DNA from: Epithemia pelagica
Lineage: Eukaryota; Protista; Bacillariophyta
NCBI GenBank assembly: GCA_946965045.2
Contig: OX337231.1
Coordinates: 3,038,001 to 3,102,000, forward strand
DNA: 64,000 nt
Direction: 5' to 3'
In this document: positions 43,507 through 55,255 of the stretch, piece by piece
Position numbering within the stretch: the first letter of the stretch is position 1
Layout of the letters: every line of letters starts with the position of its first letter
Notes under the pieces: model-generated
The model's database searches: none
What the model was told of the DNA's origin: nothing
What the model saw: the letters and a program-made list of their open reading frames with translations, nothing else
Position numbers and translations under genes: made by a program

Positions 43507-43843
43507 TGTATTTCGCTTCCGTTTTGGTTGTGATTTATGATGTTTGATGTGTCTAAAAGATTCCAACTTGCAACAGACAAACCCCAGCGAGGTACGGTTT
43601 CCGTCGCATCTGAGCGTCAAATTCCCTTTCTGTCCATCTTATCGTTATTCTGGAATGCCCGACACACATGCGACTATAAATGTCACCGCTGGGAGTCAAT
43701 CAGACGGTGATAGTCATGCAAATAATAGGCGACCAAAGAACCCAAGATTTCACCAAGCAAAGACGAGGATCCTCGCTTTTCGAGAGAGTCGTTGTCAAGA
43801 CACAGAAGATTGACTTGAACAATCAGATTTGTTGAAAACTATC

Positions 43844-44584
43844 ATGTCTTCCAACGATGGAACAACAACGAGTGGAAAGGACCAACGATGGTTTCCTTTG
43901 GAATCCAATCCCACCTTGATGAATGGCTACGTCCAAAAACTGGGATTCGATACCAGTCTCTACGAATTTCACGATGTCTTCTCCACCGAAGACTGGGCAC
44001 TCCAAATGATTCCCCAACCAGTCGCAGCTGTTGTCATGTTGTATCCCTTGACCGAAAAGCAAACTTCCTATGAAAAAAGTAGTACCACTGCCAACCAACC
44101 CGTCTTGGACAAGTCGGATTCGGTGTGGTTCATTAAACAACGAATTGGTAACGCATGCGGTACCATTGGATTGCTCCATGCCATTTTCAATGCTCCCGAG
44201 GGCTTGCGGACCTTTCCTGCCGGCTCATGGCTGGATGAATTTTCCCGGGATTGTCCTCCTCCATTGGATCCCGTTCGCAAAGCCGAATTGTTGGAGGGCA
44301 ATCGAACCATTGCCAAATTGCACGATGATGCCACTTCGTCGACCTCCAATCAAACCTCGCGAGGGTCCTTGGACGACAAGGTCATTACCCATTTCATTGC
44401 CCTCGTTCACGTGGATGGAGTCTTGTACGAATTGGATGGTCGCAAAGGGGGACCCATTGCCCATGGCACCACGTCGCCCATGACATTGCTGACCGATGCC
44501 TGTGCCGTCGTTCGAACCTTTATGGAACGAGATCCGGGTGAAATGAGATTCACCATTCTCGCTCTGGCTCCCAAACAGGAATAA
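43844..44584 (+). CDS. Ubiquitin C-terminal hydrolase (peptidase C12, UCH-L3-like)
   Basis: WFPLESNP, KQRIGNACGTIGLLHA (Cys), THFIAL (His), ELDGR (Asp). Confidence 0.95.
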   Translation: MSSNDGTTTSGKDQRWFPLESNPTLMNGYVQKLGFDTSLYEFHDVFSTEDWALQMIPQPVAAVVMLYPLTEKQTSYEKSSTTANQPVLDKSDSVWFIKQRIGNACGTIGLLHAIFNAPEGLRTFPAGSWLDEFSRDCPPPLDPVRKAELLEGNRTIAKLHDDATSSTSNQTSRGSLDDKVITHFIALVHVDGVLYELDGRKGGPIAHGTTSPMTLLTDACAVVRTFMERDPGEMRFTILALAPKQE

Positions 44585-45157
44585 AGACAAGCAACCAAAT
44601 GTCGTGAAAAGAGGTTGATTTCGTGCATGGCGTGGACACGACGTACGTTTGTGCCTGTACGTCCAGGGGAAGCTTGAAATAGATTTATCTCAACCTGCTT
44701 TGGACTAAATAGTTTGTTCGCTCTTGTCTCAATAGAGCATGTGCATCTGTTTTATGCATTGATCAGACCGTAGGTTGATTTGTTGGTCTATTGATAAATA
44801 GCTAAGGAATGGAGGCTTCTACCCACCCTTCCTAACACCAACTACTCCTAGTTTTTCGGTATTTCGTTGGGGGGGATTTGGCTGGTGACTTTTTGTCATG
44901 AGAGAATAACCCAACCAAAACCAGTAATGGAGAATCGATGACCCTTCGAATCAGTGTACCCTTGGTTCATCTTTTTCAATCTTGCCTCGATCCTCTCTTT
45001 GTTGTGTGGGTTTCCCCATTGACACAACATCAGCCAAAAGGGCTTTGCGTGCAGCATTCATCTCCTTGGAGAGAGAGAGATTTCTGTCCAAACGAGACAG
45101 AGATAGGACAAGTCAACCAGACCACAAGAGTTGTAGCAACATTCCTTGTTGGGCAGT

Positions 45158-47777
45158 ATGAGTTTTGATCCGTATCGTCCTTCGGGGGGCGAAAACACGA
45201 CAACAACGGCAGGAGGGGAATCCAATGTCTATTTTACAAACGATCTGTCCGAGTCTCCTTCCACCGCTTCCGCCCAGCAAGCGGCATCCGGTGGTGCACC
45301 GATTGCCTTGTCCAATGAGCCCTTTAATCCTCCGGAACCGGAAGAACAAGCCGCAGCGCCATCATCATCATCATCCGGTGCTCCCATTGCTCTGGCCAAT
45401 GAACCCTTTAATCCTCCGGAACAGGAAGACATTCCGGTACATGCCGAAGCTCCTGTGAACAGTCAGGCACCACCACCGGCTCAGGCCTCGTCCTCCAACA
45501 CTCCCATTGCCTTGGCGAATGAACCCTTTAATCCTCCTGATCCAGATGAGGCCGTACCACCACATCAAGAAAGTTTTGAACAGTCGGGAGCTCCTCCTCC
45601 TCCTGAGGCTGCACCCCAATCCATTCCCGATGACTTTGTCCAGCGTGACAAACCGAAACAAGAAGACGATGCCACGTACTACAGTCGCAATACGGTAGAA
45701 TACTTTCAACCCTTTTATCGGGATGATAACTACGATGAAGACGACTACGTCGATGAAGACGACGAGTACTACTCGGATGAGGATTACGATGACGAAGATG
45801 ACAAATTTCATGACGATGACATGTCGTCCTTAGGCGTGGAAGGCAATGAATTTTCCGATGACGATGAAGAAGAAGTCTTCAAGGATGTGGGACGCCGTAG
45901 TTGGTTTGGACGAAATCGTGGCAATGACAAGAAGAAGGAAGAAATGGAACCCCTGGAAACCGAAGAACAAAAGGAGTACAAGAGACGTCGGGCTGCCTTT
46001 TTGCGTTTGAAACGACGCAACGATGAGAAGCAAAAGCAACGAGATGCGGCCGAAGTGGAGGAACGCCGTCGTCGTAGAAAGCGATGCATGGCATGGTGTT
46101 GCTGTTGTATCTGCTGGCTTGTCATTCTCATCTTTTTGGTCATGCTCGTTTTGTGGATGATCCCCTATGAAGAAGAGGTTCCTCTCAATACGGATGATGA
46201 CGAAGAAAACCCCGACGATGACTGGGTTCCCTTCAAGCCCTATGATGGTATTGTCACAACGCCCATGGACCCGTATGAAGAGGAGGACTGTGATTTCACC
46301 GATGACATTTTCCCACATGTGTAAGTGATTTGGTCTGCCTGTCGCCGTGCTTTTTGTAAAGATAATGTCCCAGACCATGAAACTAACACATCCTTTCTAC
46401 AGTATCCAACAGTGCGAATGCACGGGAAATATCACCATTATCCCTGATGATGTCCTCCAACTCTGGTACGAAGTCAATGAAGATATCAAGGAAGAGGTTT
46501 ACGATGGAAAGCACGAAGAAACGCCCTGGTCCTGCGAACCAAGCAATCAGGCCACCATTTGGTTGTCCAGTGGAGACACTCGTGATGGTGGTGATCTCTA
46601 CCAACGATATCTCATGGCCCTTTCGTTTGTGCAAATGAATGGTACCCAATGGGATCTACACAACTTGTGGCTCAGTCCCGAGAATGAGTGTACGTGGCTT
46701 GGTGTGCAATGCAATGGACGATTTCTCATCAACTCCTTGGCCCTCGATACCAACAATGTGCAGTAAGTGAACCTGTCGCGGAAATGAAAAAGACGTTTTC
46801 TTTTAGGCACTTAACAAAAATTCCTCATTTCTTGATACTGCAGTGGTTCTCTTCCCCCGATACTCTACAAGTTGACTGGTTTGCGAACCCTGTCCATTAC
46901 AAGAAATCACTTGTCGGGTCCCATCCCCACAGATATTATGTTGATGCCCAACTTGGAGCACCTGAACTTGTACGCGAATCAGTTGCGGGGATCGATTCCT
47001 ACCAATATTGCGCAAGCCACGCAACTCAAGTCCTTGCTCTTGAGTAACAATCTCTTGTTTGGTCGATTGACGACTTATCTGGGGGAATTGACAACTCTGG
47101 AAAAGTTTAGTGTGGGATTCAATGAATTTTGGCGCGATATTCCCACAGAGCTTGGCTTGATGACGAATCTGGATATGTTGGTCTTGGAGGATAATCGATT
47201 TTCTGGAACCTTGCCGACGGAATTATCTCGCTTGACCAAGATGAGAAGCTTTTTGTTTTCTCGGAACCTCTTGACGGGAGACATTCCCACAACCTATGCC
47301 AACATGAAGGATCTAGAGGACCTTCGCGTGGCCTACACGGGTGTAGGCGGAATAGTACCAACCGAATTCCAGACGCTTTCCAAATTGCATCGTCTTGATT
47401 TGGGAGGAAACAACTTTGTAGGTACCATTATGACGGAATTTGGAATGATGCAAGGCCTGAATTGGTTGGCCTTTAATGACAATGACTTTACCGGTCCGAT
47501 CCCTACTGAACTTGGTAATCTCGTCAACATGACGCGTTTGTCCTTCAAGGATACCTTGGTGAGCGGTACTATTCCGACACAACTTGGCTACATGACACAA
47601 CTTCAAGATCTCTCCATGTCCCAAACACAGTTGACTGGTTTCTCTCCCGATGAAGTCTGTGCTCTGCGATTGTTGGATCTGAATCTCTACGTCACAGACT
47701 GTCAGCAAGGTAACAAGGGTATTGCCTGTTCCGTACCGGATTGTTGCACGTTTTGTCGAAGAGGGAAAAACGAATAG
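45158..47777 (+). CDS. Type II membrane leucine-rich-repeat protein
   Basis: Exons 45158-46320, 46403-46762 and 46844-47777 join in frame (819 codons). Acidic N-terminus, Cys-rich TM helix, plant-type LRRs (L..N.L.G.IPTE). Confidence 0.9.
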
Positions 47778-48260
47778 AGAGTGGGTCGAGTGTGTGCCGG
47801 TCCAGAAGAAGAGGACGACACTATACTACTACTAGATAGAGGGGTGGAGATATCGCTCCTACAAAAACACACACATGGCAAGGGTTAATCCAAAACAGTT
47901 AGTCATCCAACCGAGGAAAAGAGACACTTTGTCTGCGGGCCAAAGTCTACATTTACGTTAATGTTCCAATCTATCACTCAGGGCTTGAAATCCCTCATTT
48001 AGATTTTGTAGCTTGATGAAAAAGGTAACCGTCCTAGGTCCTGTTAGTATTATCTATCTATCGGTGTCTACCTAGTTGCACCGTTACTCGCTTCATGATG
48101 GCCAAGGGACCTTTCCCACAAGGCTTGTAAATACACTTGTGAACAAGGGGGCACAAAAACAGGTATCGTTTAGAGTTTACTCGTAGGGTTCTAAAGTACA
48201 GGACGAGCCATGGTGTGGTGGTGATCGTCGTCTAGAGTAGAGTAGCAGTCTTGTTGGTGA

Positions 48261-48755
48261 TTACGCAAAAAAGGTTTTTTCCAACAGCAACAGGGAGGGT
48301 GATTCGGGACAATTTCGACAATTGTACGAACAGGTCCCTTCGCAACTGTTGCAGTTTCGTGCTTGAGACAGTCGGTTGTTGGTTCGGGTGGAGGGACTGG
48401 TCCGTCTCCGTCTGGGACTTTTGCGTCGGGGAATATCCTTGTGATGGTTCTTTGGGTTGGTGTGACCATACGTCGTCGTCGCCGCGGCGGCCGTCGCTTT
48501 TCGTTTCAACCGTCCGGTTCGTTTGCCCAGTCTCTCGGGGACGAGACATCCCGAAAAGGTGCAAGTACAGGAGGAGGCGGTATTGGACAGCGGCATGTCA
48601 ATCCGTCCCCCCGTTGTGGGGGCGCCCACTTGACCGACTGGTTCGCCGCGGTGATAGGAGGATGGTGAGGGTGCTTGCGAGGAGGCATTGACCACAGCAA
48701 TACCCAGGGCCAACAACCACCCAAGAATGACGACCACAGGAAGCCTCCTCCACAT
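48261..48755 (-). CDS. Possible small secreted protein
   Basis: ATG 48755 followed by signal-peptide-like MWRRLPVVVILGWLLALGIAVVNA. Part of it is duplicated at 54128-54304. Exon structure is uncertain. Confidence 0.35.
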   Translation of the reverse strand: MWRRLPVVVILGWLLALGIAVVNASSQAPSPSSYHRGEPVGQVGAPTTGGRIDMPLSNTASSCTCTFSGCLVPERLGKRTGRLKRKATAAAATTTYGHTNPKNHHKDIPRRKSPRRRRTSPSTRTNNRLSQARNCNSCEGTCSYNCRNCPESPSLLLLEKTFFA

Positions 48756-49357
48756 TCCACAGTATATTTTCTTGCGTCGTTTCGTTGTTTCGTTCCGACG
48801 AGGTGACGCCGTTCGCACGTGCATGTTGATATGAGCAACACAGGAGTTTGGCGTAATCCTCCAAGGAATCTGATTTTATGAGGCGTGAGGAGAGACTAAG
48901 CTCAAAACGAAAAAGTCTTTGAATTACCCCAATCCAAACAGTCTTCTTCTTCTTGTCTTCTTTGCGTGGTGATGGCGGGAGGCGGGAAGGGAGATACATG
49001 CCTCTTTGTATGAAATCCCAGGAGGGGATGATCCGAATCCCTCCAAAATTTCGGGCACAACACAAATCCAATGGTCCTGAACGGCTCCTGGCACGCACGT
49101 CGAATTCGGGGGCATAGTTCTTTTTAACTGACGTCACACGTGTCGTGCCAGAAAATTTTGGCTTTTGGGGGATCGAGGGGGAAGAAGGAATGACTCGCGT
49201 CCGAAATATGATCTAAGAGCGACCTGTTCACCGTCACGCCATTTCGAGTCCCACACGATTAGGATGAGAAGGCAAACACGAGAAGCGAAACAAAAACAAT
49301 GGGGCAAGCAGCCGTTCCTACGATAAAAAGTCCATCGCAACAAAAGACAAGAGGACC

Positions 49358-52300
49358 ATGGGATCATCCATCGAGGAGAAAGCATCAGACGATGATGCCT
49401 TCTTGGAAGACTTGCTGAGCAAAATGACTTTGGAAGAAAAGATTGGCCAAATGTCGCAAATGGAAATCAACATGTTGGTGGTGGAAGATCCAAACGATCC
49501 TGGTCACATGACATTGGACAGGGATCAAGCCACTCATTATATTGGAGAAATGGGAATTGGATCAGTCTTGAATATCCTTCCTTCGTCAGGAAATCAAGCC
49601 TGGTCTGCAACCGAATATCGTAAAATCGCCATGGAGTTGCAACAAATTGCCATAGACCATGGTCGACCGCCCGTGATTTGGGGATTGGACAGTAAGAAGA
49701 ACCACCGGGCTTTTTTTAGTGGATGGAGGTTTCACGGACGTTTCTAATACCTTGTGTTGATCTGTCTTGATGTATGTCTTGTTTTGGTATCACAACAGGT
49801 GTTCATGGGGCCAATTATATTAAAGAGGCCACCTGGTCTCCCTCTCCCCTCAACCTGGCCGCGACCTTCGATCCAACGTATGCGACCATGGCGGGGGCAT
49901 GGGCCAGTCAAGATACGCGAGCAGCCGGTATTAATTGGCTCTTTTCTCCTCTCCTGGGATTGGCCTGGCATTCTAGTTTTTCCCGTGTGTACGAAACCTT
50001 TGGAGAAGATCCTTGGCTCGTCGGACGTTTTGCCAGTGCCATGATTCAAGGCATTCAACAACCCGATGCCAATACCAGTGTGGTTCCCAATCGTGCTGCC
50101 GCCTGTGGCAAGCATTTTATTGGTTATCCCTTTCCCCGTACCGGACACGATCGATCGCCGTCGTGGATTCCCACGCGACATTTGTACCAATACTTTGTCC
50201 TGCCCTGGCAACACGTCCTCAAAGAAACCAACCTGCAAACCATTATGGAATCCTACAGTAAGTGAAAACACTTTCATATGTCGTGCCGTGCACTGGAAGA
50301 TCATTGCTGACACGAAATGTTGTGCTCGCTCACTAACCTGGTCCATCTTCACAGCGGAAACAGACGGCGTGCCCAACGTTGCCAACCCACATCATTTGAG
50401 GTATTTGCTGCGATATCGGTTGCAATTCGAGGGCGTTTTGGTGACGGATTATTCCGAAATCAACAATCTCAAGGATTGGCATCGCATTGTCGATCCAGTT
50501 GAAAATTCGGTGAAAGAGGCGACATTGTATGCCCTTCAACATGGCACGGTCGATATGAGCATGATTCCGTACACCGTCGAGGGCTTTGTATCGGTTACAG
50601 CTGCTGCTGTGCGAAAAAATCAACTCGATGAATCTCGAATTCACAAATCGGCCAAACGGGTATTGAGACTCAAGCAGGAACTGGGCATGTTTAGCGGTCA
50701 AGAACAAATTACCATGGACAATGGAGGTCCCACGACCAACAATCAGCAGCAAGCTTTTGAAATGGCTCGCGACTCGTTAATCTTGACCAAAACCACATCC
50801 ACCTTGTTGCCGTTACGAGCGGATGCACAAGGTCTGAAAGTCCTCGTGACGGGTCCCACCTCGCACTCGTTAGCCTCCCAAACGGGAGGATGGACCGTGG
50901 CATGGCAAGGGCCATCGGATGAGAACTTTACGACCATTGGTTCCACGGTCTATACCGCCCTCCGTGATGTGGTCGGAGGAGGCCTGTTTTCCAATGTCGT
51001 GTATAAATGTGGTACAGATATTTTGGGGGGAGAATGTTCCGATGGAGATGAAACGGGAGGGGAGGAGGATGGTGGAAGCCGACGAAACTTGGGATTCTTG
51101 GATGACATTGGAAGTGATATCAAGCATGGAATCAATGAGGTTGGAGATGGTATTGGGGACGGTATCGACGAAGTTGGAGATTGGATCAATGGCGACAGTA
51201 GTAGTGGTGATGGTGACTCTGACGAGGACAATGAAAATGACAAGGAGAGTGGTGACTCTGACGAGGACAATGACAAGGAGAAAACCTCTATTCAACGTGC
51301 CGTGGCCGCCGCGGCCGATGCAGACCTGGTCGTTCTAGGCCTGGGAGAAGAACCCTATGCTGAAAAGCCAGGCGACATTCGTTCGCCCTATCTACCACGT
51401 GGACAGTTACAATTGATTCAGGAAATGCGGGACGCGTATTCGGACAAGCCGATTATTCTCGTATATTTTGGAGGACGACCTCGTCTGTTGGATACAGCAC
51501 CCGACTTGGCGGATGCCGTCGTGGTTGCCTTTCTTCCCGGAGTACATGGGGGACAAGCCGTGGTGGACTTGATTTCGGGTGCCTATAGTCCCAGTGGTCG
51601 ATTGCCCATTACCTATCCCTCGTCGGTGGATGGGGGTGGCGTTCCGTATTTGCACGCCGTGACGGATCAATGCACCCATGGCGACGGACCCTTGCCGCAT
51701 TGGGATTATGTTCCCTGTGACGTACAGTGGGGGTTTGGACACGGACTATCCTATGTAGACTTTGTCTATTCCAACCTTCGTGTTTCTGGTAACATTGAAA
51801 CGGGTGTCAATGTTCAAGTAGACGTTCTCAACAGTGGAACAATGGAAGCCTCAGAGGCCATTTTGATTTTTACCTTTGACGAGTTTCGGTTAACGACTCC
51901 AGAATACAAACGACTGCGCGCCGTGGAGAAAACGAAATTACAACCCAATCAAAAGATGACTATCTCATTGGATATTCCATCGGAGGATTTCAAATTCGTT
52001 GGACCAAACGACGATCGTCACTACGTTCTGGATCCGACCATGTCCTTCTATGTCGGAGTAGGGGCTTCTACGGACTGTCGTTCCGAACCATCCAACGAAC
52101 TGTGTGTGCGGGTTGCAGGGGCAGACAAAGACAGTAATAGTAGGCCATCACCAGCATGTCAGGCGGCATGTGGCTTGTGGTTGAACGACGACTCGCACTC
52201 TTGTGGATTGCAGTTTGGACTGTCGTCGATGGACGACTGTTTGACCATGTGCCATGAATCCAGCAACATGCCCATGGACTATGCGTCTGTTGGTAGCAAA

Positions 52301-52876
52301 GGATGGGGTTGGAATTACGTGAATTGTCTGGAATCTGTCATCTGGGGCTTCCAGCAACATGGGACTGATGTTGACTGTCCGAAGATGACAAGGCTGTGTC
52401 GAGACGTGTTTGCCACCCAAAACCTGAACGAGTTTGGATTGGGCGAAGGTGTTGTGGATCAGCAGGGCCCCCATTCTCCAGCCATCTCGTTTGAGTCTGG
52501 AACCGCTGGCTCTTACAACTCGGATGCATCGATTGGAGTTCGGCCGTCGTCGACAACCACCGCGTTTGCTTTGTTTTCTGGGTTGTTGGGAGCTGTCTTT
52601 ATTATTTCTGCCATGAATGGTACATTGTTTGGTTCCCCACGAAGAAGAAGAAGGCGAGGGACGGGCCGAACCGCGAACGATGAGTCATCCCTTCCTTCGG
52701 TGGAAATGCTCACCATGAGACGCAACCATGACAATGGTTCTGTCGAAGAACCCACTGATGAAGATGAGGACGAAAGGATTACATGTGATGTACTATCTAC
52801 CGCATCTGACCTGCTGGGGCGTATCGAATACTACAAACGACAACAGTTCACAACAGTGCCGTCTAATCGATGTTAA
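49358..52876 (+). CDS. Glycoside hydrolase family 3 beta-glucosidase with C-terminal TM anchor
   Basis: Exons 49358-49691, 49799-50257 and 50355-52876 restore GLDSVHG and MESYTE. Also KHFIGY, VLVTDY (nucleophile), LGEEPYAE, Fn3-like domain and TM helix. A 5' exon may be missing. Confidence 0.93.
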
Positions 52877-52892
52877 AATTAGCTTTTGTAGA

Positions 52893-53729
52893 TCAATCAA
52901 CAACCTCATAGATAAGCTTATTCAAGGAACCTTTTAGAAGAAGGAAAGTCTGGAAGAAGAAGGAAAGGTCTAGTTGTGCTCGGAAGCATGTTGTTATAGT
53001 TCTACCACGAGCTCCTTCATTCCGGGGGGCAGTTTGGAAGGCTTGAAGGATGAAACGAATGGCAAATTGGGACAAGCCTTCCAATTTGCCATTCATTTCA
53101 TCCTTCAAGCCTTCCAATTTGCCATTCATTTCATCCTTCAAGCCTTCCAAACCGGCCTTCAGTTCAGCCTTCAGTTCAGCCTTCGAGTCTTCCACATCCG
53201 CCTTCAGTTCAGCCTTTGTGGTTGCAATGTCTGCTTTAATAGAAGCAAAGTCAGCATTCAACCCCTTGCATACCTTGATAATCTCATCCGTAGTCTGCTT
53301 ACACGATTGAGTCGTCTTTCCTACTCTATCGAGTGTTGCGTAGCCCTTGATTGCCGCTGCGGTACCGCTTGCGGTGCCAATATTTGATAATAGTTCCGCA
53401 TATTCGGGATACACTGTGCGCGCCATACTCAGTAAGCCACTCGTCAGAATCAATGCCGGCGCAATCAGGTCGTGGTCAAAACACCGCATGCTCGGTATCA
53501 CATCATTGACCGAAGGTGCATTGTCATTAAGCATTTTGGTTGCCGTTGTCAATGGCGATTGCGGTTGTCGCGCTTGGGGACTCGTTCCCGCATCTTCGAC
53601 AACAGAAACCGGGCTCGCTCCCAAGCGTACGTCTCGTGGTGAGATATTGCTGGGGCTTTGAAGCCGTTGCGGCAACAAGACATCATCCTCGTCATCGTTC
53701 AGCAGCGGTGTTGTTTCGCCTGGTTGCAT
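52893..53729 (-). CDS. Hypothetical coiled-coil protein; C-terminus disturbed by a fold-back inversion
   Basis: ATG 53729. KAELK and LEGLKDEMNGK repeats. The tail after them is the reverse complement of the repeat. Confidence 0.5.
   Translation of the reverse strand: MQPGETTPLLNDDEDDVLLPQRLQSPSNISPRDVRLGASPVSVVEDAGTSPQARQPQSPLTTATKMLNDNAPSVNDVIPSMRCFDHDLIAPALILTSGLLSMARTVYPEYAELLSNIGTASGTAAAIKGYATLDRVGKTTQSCKQTTDEIIKVCKGLNADFASIKADIATTKAELKADVEDSKAELKAELKAGLEGLKDEMNGKLEGLKDEMNGKLEGLSQFAIRFILQAFQTAPRNEGARGRTITTCFRAQLDLSFFFQTFLLLKGSLNKLIYEVVD
53033..53151. repeat. 33-bp tandem repeat with an adjacent inverted copy (fold-back)
   Basis: 53033-53070 is the reverse complement of 53114-53151 (1 mismatch in 38). 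Direct units start at 53081 and 53114. Confidence 0.9.
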
Positions 53730-54127
53730 GGTGAATGAGGGGTGGCGGACTGTGTGCTTCTTGAGTTGTGATATAATAATTTGTGACTATGGTGTGCAAA
53801 ACACACTCCACCATTCTATTCTTTGATCCCGAGCATCAAGAGTGGGTGTTGTGGGAGGCGTTTAAACCGAAAACCGAACCACACAAATAAGAAATATAAG
53901 CCCCAATACACAGCACCTAATAAAAGTCGTCATACCACACGGATGTTGCCTACTTACTTGTACGACTTCAGCGCCAGTGCATGCACTATTGTAAGTGCCT
54001 CGAGCCGGCCCATCTTTTCCCCAACAATTTCAGAACGGTGCCATGTGCCATCTTCCATCTGTCCATTGTTGCATGGGCTGACCCAAATGGTGGCTCGCAT
54101 TCCGAAGAAACGAACAAAAAATGTAAC

Positions 54128-54670
54128 CTCGGGGACGAGACTTCCTGTAAGTACAGGCAGTATTGGAGGGTGGCATGTCAATGCGTCCCCCCATCGTGGG
54201 GGCTCCCACTTGACCGACTGGTTCTCCGCGGTGATAGGAGGATGGTGATGGTGCTTGCGAGGAGGCATCGACCACAGGAATTACCGAGGTCAACCACCCA
54301 AGAAATTGCTGGGAGATGCCTTTATGATCTCTGCCATGGATGGTTCATTGTTTGGTGCCCCACGAAGAAGAAGAAGGCGAGGGACAGGCCGAACCGCGAA
54401 CGATGAGTCATCCCTTCCTTCGGTGGAAATGCTCACCATGAGACGCAACCATGACAATGGTTCTGTCGAAGAACCCACTGAGGAAGACAAGGACGAAAGG
54501 ATTACATGTGATGTTCTATCTACCGCATCTGACCTGCTGGGGCGTATCGAATACTAAAAACGACAACAGTTCACGACAGTACCGTCTAATCGATGTTAAA
54601 GTAGCTTTTGTAGATCAATCAACAACCTCATAGACAAGCTTATTCGAGGAACCTATTAGAAGAAGGAAAG
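54128..54670 (+). repeat. Diverged, internally deleted duplicate of 48534-52948
   Basis: 54128-54304 aligns with 48534-48727, and 54306-54670 aligns with 52583-52948. Confidence 0.88.
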
Positions 54671-55255
54671 CTATTTTACGCCGCCTTCGACAACCTAAGA
54701 AACAGTATCGCATCCGTCGACAGAAGGTTGATCCAACCAGTCCCACAAGCCATGTCGATCGGTACGACGATGAGCGACTCGCTTTAGTTGAAACTCGTCC
54801 GATGAGATCCTGTCTAGGCGCCTTTCAATGACAACAAAAAGGGAAGAATACATGTTTCGTATGATGAGTGACAAATGTCGTGGATCCAGAGCACCCTTAT
54901 CATCATGGAGACTTTCCACAACAAGGTGGCTCCCTTAACACTTTTTCTTGGCTACAAATAGCACCAAATCACGCGATGGAGGCATTTCCAACATGTTGGC
55001 GACTCTAGAAAATGCAGCCGACGACATAAGATTGTAAAATGCATGGTACATACCTTGACGTACATTCCCGTGATTGCCCAGTTGTGGACCTTTTCATTGG
55101 AAGCATGTGTGTCAAAAACTGCCATCCAGAGCATCGGGCAACATTGGTCATATGGATTTCACGCACGGCGTGTGTGTGTGTGTGGAGTCCAAGATCCCAG
55201 AGCCTCTACGATCCAATCCATGATTTCGAGTGTTCCCAATGTCAAAAAGCACGGT

